DNA of 64,000 nt from Phycisphaerae bacterium (GTDB taxonomy: Bacteria; Planctomycetota; Phycisphaerae; SM23-33). Both the position numbers and the translations under genes were made by a program. The notes beneath the pieces were generated by a model. The model saw only the letters and a list, made by a program, of their open reading frames with translations. It had not been told where the DNA came from and ran no database searches. Numbering within the stretch: the stretch's first letter is position 1; each line of letters starts with the position of its first letter. Of the stretch, positions 15,737 through 27,600 are shown piece after piece. The stretch lies in the NCBI GenBank assembly GCA_009783465.1, contig WRDM01000011.1, positions 2,911 through 66,910 of the forward strand, in the 5' to 3' direction.

Positions 15737-17407
15737 ATGAACATAGTTGACATATTGCTGGAAAAGAATCTTGTGACGGCCGAGCAGGTCGCCGAGGCGA
15801 TGGACCTTCGCACAACGTCGGGCCTGCGGCTGGACCGCGCGCTGGTCAAGCTGGGGTACATTCGCGAGGAGCGGCTATTGGCCGAGACGAGCGAGCGGCT
15901 GGGGATCCCGCTGGTGGATTTGTCCACGGCGAAGATCGACGTGGAGACGCTGCGCAACCTCCCGCCGAAGCTGATGTACCGCAAGCACCTGCTGCCGATC
16001 AGCCGGGCCAACGGCACGCTGACGGTGGCGACCAGCGACCCGTTCGATCTCTACGCGTTCGACGAACTCAAGCTGCTGACGGGCTTGGAAATTCAGCCGG
16101 TGCTCGCGCTGGAAGACGAGATCGACAAGCACATCAAAATGCATTACGGCGTCGGTGGCGACACGATCGACGAGATGATGTCCACCGACGATCTCGAGGT
16201 CATCGGCGACCAGGACGGCGCCAAGGACGAAGATCTCGAGATGGCCCAGGAAGCCAGCGTCATCAAGCTGGTCAACGAACTGTTCCTGGAGGCCATCAAC
16301 GAACGCGCCACCGACATCCACATCGAGCCCTACGAGCACGACCTGCACATCCGCTACCGCATCGACGGCGTGCTGCAATTGGCGACGCTGCCGCCGCAGA
16401 TCCGGCGATTCCAGGCCGCCATCATCAGCCGCATCAAGATCATGTCCAACATGAACATCGCCGAGAAGCGGCTGCCGCAGGACGGGCGCATCAAGCTGGT
16501 CGCCGGCGGCAAGCAGTTGGACGTCCGCGTCAGCGTGATTCCGATGCTCTACGGCGAGGGCATCGTGATGCGTCTGCTCAATAAGAGCACCACGATGTAC
16601 ACCCTGCCGCAACTGGGCATGGGCGAGGACACGTTCGAAATTTTTGGCCACCTGATCGACCGCCCGCACGGCATTCTGCTGGTGACGGGTCCGACCGGCA
16701 GCGGCAAGACGACGACGCTGTACGCGGCCTTGTCGGCGATCATCTCTCCGGAGATCAAGGTGCTCACGGTGGAAGAGCCGGTGGAGTATCACCTTGAGGG
16801 CGTCAATCAGATTGGCGTCAACAGCAAGATCGGCATGACGTTCGCGCGGGCGTTGCGTGCGATTCTGCGTCACGACCCCGACGTGGTGATGATCGGCGAG
16901 ATTCGCGACCTGGAGACGGCCGAGGCGGCGATTCAGGCGGCGCTGACGGGCCACCTCGTGCTCAGCACGCTGCACACCAACGACGCGTGCTCGGCGGCGA
17001 CGCGGCTGCTGGACATGGGCATCGAGCCGTTCCTGGTGACGAGCACGATGGAGGCGGCGATGGCGCAGCGGCTGGTCCGCACGATCTGCTCGGAATGCAA
17101 GGAACCGTACGAGCCCGACGGCGAGACGCTGCCCGCGGATCTTGGCTATCAAAAGGGCGAGATTTTTTATCGAGGCCGCGGGTGCCGGAAATGTCATAAT
17201 ACGGGCTACTACGGCCGATGCGGGCTGTTCGAGTTGATGGTGACCAGCGACGCGATTCGCGAGTGCATCATGGCCCGCCGCCCGGCGAGCGACATCGTGA
17301 ACATCGCCCGCCGCGAAGGGCTGCGGCTGCTGCGCGAAGACGGCTGGATCAAAGTCCGCCAGGGCGTGACCACGCCCGAGGAAGTGATGCGGTGTACGAA
17401 GATGTGA
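15737..17407 (+). CDS. gspE: Type II secretion / type IV pilus assembly ATPase (GspE/PilB family)
   Basis: ATG at 15737. There is an N-terminal T2SSE_N/MshEN-like domain, Walker A GPTGSGKTTT, a Walker B/Asp box (VMIGEIRD), a His box (LVLSTLHTND) and a tetracysteine motif (CSECKEP...CRKCHNTGYYGR). Confidence 0.9.
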   Translation: MNIVDILLEKNLVTAEQVAEAMDLRTTSGLRLDRALVKLGYIREERLLAETSERLGIPLVDLSTAKIDVETLRNLPPKLMYRKHLLPISRANGTLTVATSDPFDLYAFDELKLLTGLEIQPVLALEDEIDKHIKMHYGVGGDTIDEMMSTDDLEVIGDQDGAKDEDLEMAQEASVIKLVNELFLEAINERATDIHIEPYEHDLHIRYRIDGVLQLATLPPQIRRFQAAIISRIKIMSNMNIAEKRLPQDGRIKLVAGGKQLDVRVSVIPMLYGEGIVMRLLNKSTTMYTLPQLGMGEDTFEIFGHLIDRPHGILLVTGPTGSGKTTTLYAALSAIISPEIKVLTVEEPVEYHLEGVNQIGVNSKIGMTFARALRAILRHDPDVVMIGEIRDLETAEAAIQAALTGHLVLSTLHTNDACSAATRLLDMGIEPFLVTSTMEAAMAQRLVRTICSECKEPYEPDGETLPADLGYQKGEIFYRGRGCRKCHNTGYYGRCGLFELMVTSDAIRECIMARRPASDIVNIARREGLRLLREDGWIKVRQGVTTPEEVMRCTKM

Positions 17408-17451
17408 TTGGTTAACGGGTTGATTCGTTAACGAGTCAACCCGTTAACCAA
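17408..17451. repeat. Near-perfect 44-bp palindrome (gttaacg family) directly after the gspE stop
   Basis: ttggttaacgggttgattcgttaacgagtcaacccgttaaccaa is self-complementary apart from one T/G pair. It shares gttaacgagtcaac units with 62157-62302. Confidence 0.85.
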
Positions 17452-17543
17452 TTAACGAAAAGGTTTCCCTCGAACGGAAATATCGTTTTCCGACGTGCGT
17501 TATAAAAGGTAGCGAAGCAAACAATGAAGTCATAGGAGACACG

Positions 17544-17993
17544 ATGATGCGTCGTATGAGCAGGCGAACGGGTTTTACACTGGTTGAAGTGCTGATCGTG
17601 GTGGCCATTCTGGTGATGTTGGCGGCCGGCGCGACGGTGGCGTATCGCAATATTTACAAGGGGGCGCAGATTGAAACGGCGATGTCCCGTGTCGGGGAAG
17701 TGCGATCGGCCGTCGAACTGTTCCATCTCAAGATCGGGCGGTATCCGTCGAAGGACAAGGGATTGCAGGAACTGCTCACCGCGCCGGATGACGAAGGCGA
17801 AGCCGCCATCTGGAAGAATTACGGCCCGTTCCTGAAGGACGGAAAAATAACCACCGATCCCTGGGGCACGGAAATCCAGTATGAGTTGACCGAGGGCGAC
17901 AACGGGGAGGAGAAGTTCCGCGTGTTCTCGTGCGGCCCGAACCGGCGCGCCGGCGACGAGGACGATATTCCGCAGGCGGAAGGCAATAACTAA
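17544..17993 (+). CDS. gspG: Type II secretion major pseudopilin (GspG-like)
   Basis: aggag lies upstream. The prepilin motif RRTGFTLVEVLIVVAILVML is present, followed by the GspG-like body RVGEVRSAVELFHLKIGRYPS...LKDGKITTDPWGTEIQYE. Confidence 0.8.
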   Translation: MMRRMSRRTGFTLVEVLIVVAILVMLAAGATVAYRNIYKGAQIETAMSRVGEVRSAVELFHLKIGRYPSKDKGLQELLTAPDDEGEAAIWKNYGPFLKDGKITTDPWGTEIQYELTEGDNGEEKFRVFSCGPNRRAGDEDDIPQAEGNN

Positions 17994-18134
17994 GGTTGGT
18001 CCGGCGGCGTTGTCCGGCGGATGTTGGGCGAGGGCACGCGTCGCGGGCCTCGCGGAGACGGCGCGTTGGGCCCGCGCGGAGCTTGGCACGGATGCCGAGG
18101 TTCGCGGCGAGGCCGTCGGATGTGATGGAGTACG

Positions 18135-20429
18135 ATGGCACGGTATCTGCAACAGCTTGGCGTTCGGTTGGCGCATCGCAGTCGGCGGTTCGTGGCCGTG
18201 GACTTCGACAGCCGCCGGCTTCGGGTTGTCTCCGCGCGTCGTGCGGGCGGGCGGGCGGAGTTCCTCAAGTGCCACAGCGTGGAGATCCCCTCCGACGTGG
18301 CCGTCAACGACCCGGCGTCGTTCGGGCCTTTCCTGCACAAATCGTTGAAGAAGCTTCGCGCCGCGGGGTATCCGGTTCTGATGGCCGTGCCTCGCAGCCA
18401 GGCGGTGCTCAAGCCGCTTACGCTGCCGGCGGGGACGGACGACGACGAAGTGGCGTCGATGGTCCGCTTCCAGGTGGAAAAGGAATTGCCTTTCCGCGTG
18501 GAGGACGCGGTCGTCGATCACACGCTGGGCGGCGGCCATTACGGTAGCGACGGCGGCGCGACGGCCGAGGGGGTTCACGTTCTCGTGGCGGCGATTCGGC
18601 TGCCGACGGTCGACTTCTACCGTCGCCTCGCGGAGGCGGGTTCGTTTCGTTTGTTGCGGCTGGGGCTTCGTCCCAGCGCGACGGCCGACTGCGTCCGCGC
18701 CTGTCGCGAAGTGGTTGCCGACGAAGGCGTGGCGGTGATTCACGTCGGGTTCGACGAAATTGAGATCAGCGTGCTGCACGGCGGATCGCTGTCGTTCACG
18801 CGGTCGGTGAGCGTCAAGAACGGCGCGCCGCCGGCGGCGGCCGCACCGATTCCGCTGGCCTCGCCAGGCAAACCTGCCGACGCGGGCACAGGCCCGATTC
18901 CGCTGGCGCCGATCGCGCCGGCGACCAACGGCACGACAACCAACGGCACGACGTCCAACGGCAACGGCACGCCGGCGGTTTCCCCGACGGGGCCGACCGT
19001 CGCGTCGGCGGCGCCGGAAATCGCGCGAACATTGCAGAGTTACCAGGCCCTTCAGCGGCAGGGGCGAATCGCGACGGTGCTCGTCGCGGGCGAGACGGGC
19101 ATTGAGGAAGCCCTGGTCGGCGAACTTTCCCTGCGGCTGAGGATGCCCTGCCAACAGCTCTCGGCCGACGAACTGGCCGGCAGCAAAAAAGCACCGCCGA
19201 CGGGGGCGATGGCATCGCCGCTGGGGTTGGCGCTGGCCCACGCGGCCAGTGAATTCGATTTCGATTTCCTCTCCCCGCGTCGGCCTGTCGTGCGTCGCGA
19301 CGCGAAGAAGGTCAAGTCGGTCGCGGCCCTGGTGGCGGCGGCGATGATCGTCACAGGCCTGCTGGCGGCCAATTACATGTATCTCGACGACATCGAGAGT
19401 CGCGTCGACGCGGCGCACAGGGACATGGAGAAGCTCAAGAAGATCGACGACGAGTTGTCGACGATCGCCAAGAAAGCCAACACGCTCCAGGAGTGGGAGC
19501 GGGGCCGACAGGACTGGCTGGCGCATTGGGCCAATCTCAGCGACCTGCTGCCCGACGCCCAGAGCGCCTACCTCAAGGAAATCAAAATCGAGCCCGCCAC
19601 CAATGTGCCCTCCCGTCTCAAGGGCAAGGACGATGAGCCGGTGGCCACGATCAAGTTCACGCTGCGGGCGCGCGATCAGAAGATTATCACCGACCTCACG
19701 GCGAAGTTGCAGGACGACGGCGAGTATCGGCTGATGCCCAGCCGCATCGAGCCGTGCAAGGACGAGTACATTATTTATAAGGACGAGATGGTCTTCACGC
19801 TCACCGTGCCGCGAAGCATGGTCGATCTGTTCGACGACCTGCTGCCGCTGGAGGAGGAGCGTCTATATCGGCCTGAGGACGACGATTCGGCGATGCAGTT
19901 CGGTCGGCGGGCGGTGGTGATGCCCACTCGCGAGCCGATCCGGGCCAGCAACAACGCCGGCGGCGAGGCGGCGAGGCCTGCGATAACCTATCGCGAGATT
20001 TCGTTCAACAACATTCGGCGCGGCGAGGAGCTGCTGACGCAGTTGTCCGCCACGCCGCTGCGAATCACGGGGCGTCTGGTGGCCGACCCGAAGGCGGGCT
20101 TCCTCGTGCCGTCGGCGTCCGCGGAGACGCACGTGGCGTATCGGCTGGAGGAAATCGCCGCGCGTCAAGGCGGCAACCAGGGCGGCAATCCAGGCGGCCG
20201 GGGCGGCAATCGTGGCGGCGGGCCTGGCGGAAACACCGCCGCGCCGCCGCAGGGCACCGGGCGATTCGTGTACGTGTACGTGGCGAAGAATTCCCCCGCG
20301 GCGTCGGAGATCCAGCGTCGAGGCGACCGCGGGCTGCGCATGCCGCTTCGCGTCGATGGCCTGGCGTACTTCACGGGCGACCTGCCCAAAGACTGCCCCG
20401 TGGGCCTGCTGGCGGAGGCTATCCGATGA
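18135..20429 (+). CDS. Fused assembly-platform protein: PilM-like actin-fold N-domain, TM segment, PilN/PilO-like periplasmic region (GspL-like architecture) and an unknown Gly-rich C-terminal domain
   Basis: The PilM-like start is FVAVDFDSRRLRVVSA...LMAVPRSQAVLKPLTLP...VRFQVEKELPFRVEDAVVDH. The TM segment is VAALVAAAMIVTGLLAANYMYL, followed by a coiled coil. GGNQGGNPGGRGGNRGGGPGGN lies near the C-terminus. Confidence 0.6.
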   Translation: MARYLQQLGVRLAHRSRRFVAVDFDSRRLRVVSARRAGGRAEFLKCHSVEIPSDVAVNDPASFGPFLHKSLKKLRAAGYPVLMAVPRSQAVLKPLTLPAGTDDDEVASMVRFQVEKELPFRVEDAVVDHTLGGGHYGSDGGATAEGVHVLVAAIRLPTVDFYRRLAEAGSFRLLRLGLRPSATADCVRACREVVADEGVAVIHVGFDEIEISVLHGGSLSFTRSVSVKNGAPPAAAAPIPLASPGKPADAGTGPIPLAPIAPATNGTTTNGTTSNGNGTPAVSPTGPTVASAAPEIARTLQSYQALQRQGRIATVLVAGETGIEEALVGELSLRLRMPCQQLSADELAGSKKAPPTGAMASPLGLALAHAASEFDFDFLSPRRPVVRRDAKKVKSVAALVAAAMIVTGLLAANYMYLDDIESRVDAAHRDMEKLKKIDDELSTIAKKANTLQEWERGRQDWLAHWANLSDLLPDAQSAYLKEIKIEPATNVPSRLKGKDDEPVATIKFTLRARDQKIITDLTAKLQDDGEYRLMPSRIEPCKDEYIIYKDEMVFTLTVPRSMVDLFDDLLPLEEERLYRPEDDDSAMQFGRRAVVMPTREPIRASNNAGGEAARPAITYREISFNNIRRGEELLTQLSATPLRITGRLVADPKAGFLVPSASAETHVAYRLEEIAARQGGNQGGNPGGRGGNRGGGPGGNTAAPPQGTGRFVYVYVAKNSPAASEIQRRGDRGLRMPLRVDGLAYFTGDLPKDCPVGLLAEAIR

Positions 20430-21481
20430 GCGCCAAACGCAATGAACGTGTTGTCGCGATCGTGGTGGGCGTCCTGGTGGGCGGCACGCTCCTGTATCTG
20501 CTGGTCAACAGCCTGCACCTCTCGGAGGTCGAAAAGCTCGACCGCGAGATGGCCACCAAGAAGAGGGACATCGCCGCCTTTAACAAAAACATCGCGGCCA
20601 ACACGCCCAAACGCAAAACACTGGAAAGCTATGCCGGCAGAACGCTCGGCACCGACGTCGAAAAGGTCAGTCTCCAGACGCAGACGCGCGTGATGGAGAT
20701 GCTCGCCAAGGCGGGCCTGACCAGCACCAACGGCGTCGGCTCGCCGCCGCTGGAACCCATCCGCCCCAAAGACCTGCCCAACCGCGTCGGCCAATCGCTC
20801 GGCTGGCGGATCAGCGCCAAAGGCCGGCTGGATCAGGTCGTGGATTTCCTCAGCTACCTCGACGCCGAACCGTACGTGCATAAGCTCGACCGGCTGACGG
20901 TCAAGCCCAACGGCAAAGATATTCAGGTTGACGTGGACTTCATGACCCTCGTCATGCCGACGTTGAAAAACGCCAGCCTGCAAACCGTGACGACCATGCC
21001 GGCCACCACGCCGCCGGCGGATCTCGACGACCGCAAAGCCACCTACGCGGTCATCGCCGCCCGCGACGTGCTCAGGCCGTACATCCAACGCGTGCCGCCC
21101 CCGCCGGAACCCACACCGCAGGACCCACCGAAGCCGGACGACCCGCCGAAGCCGGATCCGCCTCCACAGCAACCGCCGCCGGACCCGATGGCGCGGATGC
21201 GAATTGCCGATTTGACGATTTATCCCGACCAGAGCAAAGAGGTCGGCGTGTATGATATCGCCACGCAAAGCCATACGCAGCGGCTGAAGGTTGGCGAGCC
21301 GCTCGGCGGCGGCACGATCGTGCGAATCGACCGCCGGACGATGCCTCATCCCAACAATCCGAATCTGAATTCGGAAGGCCGGGTCATTCTGCAAATCGGC
21401 CAGGACTATTTCGCCATCGAGGTCGGGACGACGGTGGCACAAAAGTACGCCATCCGGGCGGATCAGTTGCCGCCGGAGTAA
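20426..21481 (+). CDS. Bitopic membrane protein, PilO/GspM-like N-part with Pro-rich linker and small PilP/GspC-like C-terminal domain
   Basis: An ATGA start/stop overlap with the upstream gene lies at 20426-20429. The N-terminal TM is VVAIVVGVLVGGTLLYLLV, followed by a coiled coil. The linker is PPPPEPTPQDPPKPDDPPKPDPPPQQPPPDP. The domain assignment rests on architecture only. Confidence 0.45.
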   Translation: MSAKRNERVVAIVVGVLVGGTLLYLLVNSLHLSEVEKLDREMATKKRDIAAFNKNIAANTPKRKTLESYAGRTLGTDVEKVSLQTQTRVMEMLAKAGLTSTNGVGSPPLEPIRPKDLPNRVGQSLGWRISAKGRLDQVVDFLSYLDAEPYVHKLDRLTVKPNGKDIQVDVDFMTLVMPTLKNASLQTVTTMPATTPPADLDDRKATYAVIAARDVLRPYIQRVPPPPEPTPQDPPKPDDPPKPDPPPQQPPPDPMARMRIADLTIYPDQSKEVGVYDIATQSHTQRLKVGEPLGGGTIVRIDRRTMPHPNNPNLNSEGRVILQIGQDYFAIEVGTTVAQKYAIRADQLPPE

Positions 21482-21614
21482 ATAGATGTTGTCTCGTTGT
21501 TGAACGGTCGTGACGCAGGACGCGAGCGTTGTTTTTTCGTTTGTTAATTTAGGCCAGGCGTTTCGTGGAGAAACGGATCGGACAACCAGCCGGGCCATTG
21601 AAGGAGAATGAACC

Positions 21615-24600
21615 ATGCGACAGTCGAAGATCGTCTTCCTGACCATGGCGTTTTTGGTGATCGTGGGCGTGGCGTCGGTGGTGGCGCAAGAGGCCGCCGA
21701 GCCGGCAGCGCAACCCGCTCCCGCCGAACAACCCGCCGCCGCGCCGGCCGAACAGCCCGCGCCGGCCGCGCCGGAAGCCGCTCCTGCGCCCGCGCCGGAA
21801 GTCAAGCGCGACTACCAGTTCCAATACAACGGCGTGCCCTACGCCGAAGTGGTCCGGCGGTTCGCGCAGGCGGCCAAAAAACCGATCCTCGGCGACGTTC
21901 CCGTCGAGGGCCATCTGACGTTCTTCGACAGCGAATCCTACACCTACGAAGAAGCGTTCGAGATGCTCAACACGCTGCTGGCGATGCGCGGGGCGAGCAT
22001 CATCGAACAAGGCCGCTTCATCCGCTGCATGCCCACGCCGATGCTGAACGCGAAAATCTACACCGGCACGGAAAAAACCGAAAACATCAAGCCGACCGAA
22101 ATCGTCACCGTACTGCTGCCGCTGAAATACCTCGACGCCGAAGTCGCCGCCAAAACCGCCATCCGCATGGTCAGCTCGTACGGGTCGGTCGCGCCGATGA
22201 GCCGAGGCCGAGGCGTCGTCATCACCGATCACATGGGCAACATCCAGCGGGTCAAAGTTCTGTTCGACGAAATGGACCGCGACTCGTTCTCGTCGCAGCA
22301 GGTTCGCTCGTTCGCGCTCAAGCAGGCGCAGGCGCGCAACATCGTCAACGTCGTCAACCAGCTGTTCATGTGGAAGGGCGACCCGACCAAGATGCCCGAC
22401 GACTGGGCGTTTGCCGCCTCCGACGACCGCTCCAACACGCTGGTGCTGATCGGCGTCGGGCCCAAGCTCGCGCTGGCCGAGGACATGGTCACGCAGCTCG
22501 ACAGCGGCGGCCCGCGCGAAGGCGACATGAAGGTGTACGATCTCAAGAACGCCAAGGCCGAGTCGCTGGCCAACTCGGTGCGGCAGGCGCTGACGACCAA
22601 TCGCGACGCCGCGGGCATCAGCGTGGTGGGCGACCCGGGGTCGAACCGGCTGATCGTGGCCGTCCCGCCGAATATGATCAAGCAGGTCGACGCGATGGTG
22701 GAGCAGCTCGACGTGAGCGCGACGAGCGTGGCGTCGGGGTTCCGCGTGTTTCGGCTGACGAAGGCCGACGCGAACCAGATGGCCAATGTGATGCAGCAAC
22801 TCATGCACCGCGCCCGCGATCCGCGGACGGGCGTTCAGCCGGCGGCGGTGATGGCCGACGGGCCGACCAACAGCGTGATCATCAGCGGCCTGGCGGCGGA
22901 CATTGAGTTGGCAACGGCCGTCATCCAGGAACTGGACATGGGCGAGGACGGCCTGTCGCGCGACGTGCAGGTCGTGCCCCTCAAGAACGGGCGCGGGCAC
23001 GAAACGGCGAACATGATCCGCCAACTCTTCACGCAGCAGCGGCAGGGTCAGCCCGGCGCGTCCAGCCTGCGCGTGGAGTCTGACCCCACCGGCGGCAGCC
23101 TGATCATCTCCGCCAGCCCCGGCGACTGGCAACTGATCCAGGAAATCCTCAGGAAAATCGAAGTGAACGGCCCGGCCGCGTCCATCGTGACGCGCATGGT
23201 GGCCGTCAAAAACATCCGTCCCGGCGAGCTGGCCGGGTCGCTGCACCACGTGTTCAATTCGCGTCCCCGGCCCGTGCCGGTGGTGTTCGCGCCGTCGGAC
23301 CGGACCAGCACGATGCTGGTCTCCGCGCCGCTGGAAGAACAGGATGCGATCGCCGACATCATTCGCTCGCTCGACGTCGGGCCCGACGCGCCCCGCGAGG
23401 ACGTGACGATCGTCAACCTCACCAGCAGCGACGCGCGCCAATTGGCCGAGACGATCCGGCAGATGATTCCGCACGACATGCACGGCCGCATTCAGGTCGT
23501 CGGCGACTGGATGAGCAACAGCGTGGTGCTGCGCGCTCCCGACAGCGATCGGGAGTCGATGGTGAAGATCATCCGGGATTTGGACGTGCCGATTCAGAAG
23601 GAAGTCAGCCAGGTCCAGACCGTCCAGGTGCAGCACGTGCACGCGTCGCAGTTGGCGGGGTCGTTGATGCAGATTTACGGCCGCCAGCAGAACCAGCAGC
23701 GAGGTCAGCGTCAGGGCGGCGGCTCGCTGGTGATGGTGGCGGCGGCGGACCTGGTGATCGTTCCCACCGGCGAAAAGGCATTGATTGTCAAGGCGTCGCC
23801 GTCGGAGATGGAACAGGTTCTGGCGATGATCAAGCAGTTGGACGTTCCCGGCGGCGCGTCCACGTCGGGGATGCGGGTGATTCAGTTGAAGTCGGGCGAG
23901 GCGTACCGCGTGGCGGACGTCATTCGCGGCATGATTCCGCACGAGTTGCACGGGCAGATGCAGGTGGTGGCGGATCCGGGCAGCAACAGCGTGGTCATTC
24001 GCGGCCCCGAGTCGGTCCGGCAGGCGATGGAAGATGTGGTGGCCACGCTCGACGCGACGGCGCGTCAGGGCATGCGGCAGACGCGGCTGATCAAGGTCGA
24101 GCACGTCGCGGCGTCGCAGGCGGCGGAGACGTTGCGGCAGTTGTACGTCAACCGGTCGGGCGACCACTCGCAGCAGGTGATGGTGGCGGCGGCGCCGGGC
24201 GACAAGCAGTTGATCATCGACGCGCCGGACAGCCTGGTGGAAGCAGTCGCGCAGATGGCGACCAGTCTGGACGTGGCCGAGTCGGTGACCGCGCAATCGG
24301 TGCGCGTGTACACGCTCTCGTCGGGGTCGGCGCCGGAGATTGCGCAGTCGCTGGGCCGGCTGTATCAGCAGCGTGACGGCGGCGACCGGCGAGGCCAACC
24401 GCCGCCCCCGCGGTTCGAAGCCAGCGCCACCAGCAACCAGGTGATCGTGTCGGCCAGCGAGGAGCAGTTCAAGGTCGTCGACGAATTGCTCAAGCAGATG
24501 CAGGACGTTCCGGCGGCGTTGGCGTCGGACACGAAGACATTCAAACTTCAATACGCCAAGGCCCGCGATCTGGCGCCCGTGCTGCAAAACATGCTCCAGG

Positions 24601-27600
24601 GCAACACCAACGTCGGTGGCGGCCAATGGCAGCAGCAGCCTCAGTGGCAGCCGCCGCAAGAGGGTGGCGGCGAGAACCAGTGGCAGCCGCGGCCCCGATA
24701 CCAGCCGCGTAGCGACAGCAGCGCGCCGTTCCGCGTGGCGGCGTTGGAGAGCAACAACACGCTGATCGTTCAGGGCACGGCGGACAAGCTGGCGCTGGCC
24801 GAGCAGTTGATCCAGACGTTCGACGTGGACGTCAACGACACGGAGAAGGCGACGATTCAGATTATCGGCCTCAAGAACGCCAAGGCGGATTCGCTCGCCG
24901 AGAGCATCAACCGGACGCTGGCGGATCAAGCCCAGCAGCGTGGCGCGGGCACGCGGGTGACGGTCACGCCCGAGATGAACACCAACAGCCTGCTGGTGCG
25001 GGGCCTGCCCGCGGACATCGACAACGTGCTCGCGATGGTGCAGCAGTTGGACGTCGACGGCGAAGCCCGCGTGGAGATGAAGGTCTATCGGCTGGAAAAC
25101 AGCGACGTGGCGGACATCGAGAAGGTGATGAGCAAGCTGCTGGGCGACATTACGCGGATGGGCGCCAGCAATCGTCGCCAGGGCGGCGGGGGCGAGAGCG
25201 GCTATAGCGTTACCGCCGACGAACGCACCAACAGCCTGATCGTCTTCACGACGGCGGCGAATTTCAAGGTCATCGAGACGCTGCTGGCCGACCTGGACAA
25301 AGGCCCCGAGGACATCACGCCGCGGAAGCAGCGCGAGATCCATTTCGCCTGGCTGGAGAATCAGAAGGCCCGCGACGTGGTGGCGAAACTCGAAGCGATG
25401 TACCGCGACCGCAAGCCCGCCGACCGGCCTTATATCGAACCGGACTCGTTCTTCAACACCATCACGCTCATCGCCGAAGAAGCCGACATCAAGCAGATGA
25501 TGGAGATGATCGACAAGTTCGACAGCCAGCCGGTCAAGAGAAACCTCCAGGTCAAGGTCTTCCCGCTGCTGGCCATGCGGGCGGACCGAATGGCCGACGC
25601 GATCGAACGCGTCTACAGCCAGATGACCGACGCGAAGATCACCGTGACGGACCGCATCCCCGGCCGAAGCATGCCGCGATACCCGCAGGACAAGCCCGGC
25701 GACAACCGAGTCCCCAACGGCGGCGCGAACGGCCATCCGGTCGAGCAGCCGAATCCTTCGCAGCCCGAACCGCAGTCCGAACCCCATCACGCCGATCCGG
25801 GCGGCGACGTGGGCGTGGAAATTCTGCCGTCGCTGCTGGAGATGATGAGCGAACCCGCCCTGGCCGACGCGGACGACACCGGGCCGGCGATTACGATTTC
25901 GGTGGACTCCGAATCCAACTCGCTGGTCATCGCCGCGACGCGGGAAGAGTTGCAGGAAATCGAGCGGTTCATCCAGGATCTGACCACCAGCACGTCCACG
26001 AGCGAGATGGACATACGATACTACAAGGTTAAGAGCGCCGACGTGACGGCCATTGCGCACACGCTGGACCTGTTGTTCAACCCGCAGTCGGCGGGGCGGA
26101 ATCCGCAGGCCGGTGGTCAGGCCGCCCGCACGGGGCGCCGCGGCGGCAACCCGGGCAATCCGCAGCCGGACCCCAACCAGCCGCCACAGGACCCCAACAA
26201 TCCGCAGCCTCAGCCGGCGCCGCAACCGGTTCCGGCGCCCAATGTCATCCTCGTGCCGTACGCGCGGACCAGCATGCTGATCGTCCGCGCCAAGCCGGCG
26301 GAGTTCGACATGATCGAAGTGTTGCTGGATACGCTGGACAGACCGTCGGGCGTTCTGACGGATATGCGTATCTTCACGCTCAAGAACGTCACCGCGAACG
26401 AGGTGGCCGCCAACGTGCGGGATCTGTTCCAGCGTGCCTCGGCCAGCGTGGGCGATGGCGGCGAGGCGGCTCCGCCCGCCAACGGCAACGAGCAGCGCGA
26501 GGAGATGATCCGCCAGCAGCTCGAATTGCAGGCCAGCGGCGGCGGGGGCGGAGGCAACATCAGCGTCACCGCCAACCAGCAGAGCAACAGCGTGATCGTG
26601 GTGGCTTCGCCGGAGAACCTGCGGATCGTCGAGAGGCTGATCAATGAACTGGATCAATCCGCCGGCGGGAGGACCGTCGTGGTGCGGCTGTATCCGGTGC
26701 GGGCGGGCAACGCGGAGGCGGTGGCCAACTCGCTACGTCAGGCGTTCGGCACGGGCGGGAATTTCGCCAATCCCGGCGGACGTCGGGGCGGCGTCGGGGC
26801 GGTCGCGATGGCGGACTCGGCGTTTAGCATCAGCGCCAACGAGGAGTCGCGCGTCGTCATCGTGTCGGCTGACCCCGACAAACACGAACTGGTCCAGAAG
26901 GTGCTCGACGAACTGAACGCCGCCGCGGAGGCCGCGGGAGCGAGCGTGGTTCATGTGTATCGGCTCGACAACGCCGTCGCGCAAGGCGCCGCCGGCGCGC
27001 TGCGGGAAGCGGTGAGCAACAACCGCTCCATCCGCATCAGCGCCGACAACAGCAACAACAGCATCATCATCAACGCGCCGGAGGCCGAACACGAACGGCT
27101 GGCCGCCCTGATCGCGGACATCGACAAGCCCATGACGTCGGTGCCGGATGTGCGGACGATCGTGCTCCGAAACGCCGATCCGACGGCCACGGCGAACAAT
27201 CTGACGCGGATTTTCTCGCAGCAGCAACAGCAGGCCGGACCTCGCCGGGGCAACGTCATCGGGCAGGGGCTGGCGATCGAAGTGGACATCGAGAGCAAGA
27301 CGCTCATGGTCCGTTCCGACGAGGAGACGTTCGAGAAGGTCCGCCAGTTGGCCTCCCACCTCGACGCCACCAGCCCGCGCGGCCGGAGCAAACAGCACGT
27401 CTTCACGCTCCAGTACGCCGACGCGATCAGCATCGCGCCGAGCATGACCCAGGCCTTCGCCCCGCAGCCGGGCGTGCGACTGTCGCCCGACGACTTCGTG
27501 CAGATCGTGGCCGAAGCGAATTCCAACAGCCTCATCGTCACCGCCAACGAGACCAACATCGAGAAGGTCATCACGCTGATCGCCAAGATCGACACGGAGA

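Noticed and set aside
18084-18098. TGGCAC-containing sequence (ttggcacggatgccg) upstream of the pilM-like gene, considered as a sigma-54 promoter.
   Set aside because: The -12 element (TTGC) is absent at the required spacing. The similar GGTAC...TTGC near 34738-34756 has the wrong spacing.
21549-26657. 1,702-aa ORF on the minus strand. Similar minus-strand ORFs lie at 26733-29234 and 29400-33629.
   Set aside because: These ORFs are antisense to the secretin gene. Their translations are Arg/His/Gly/Leu-rich low-information sequence with no motifs. This is typical of shadow ORFs in GC-rich DNA, where stop codons are rare on the antisense strand. The plus-strand frame has clear domain structure, an RBS and a signal peptide.
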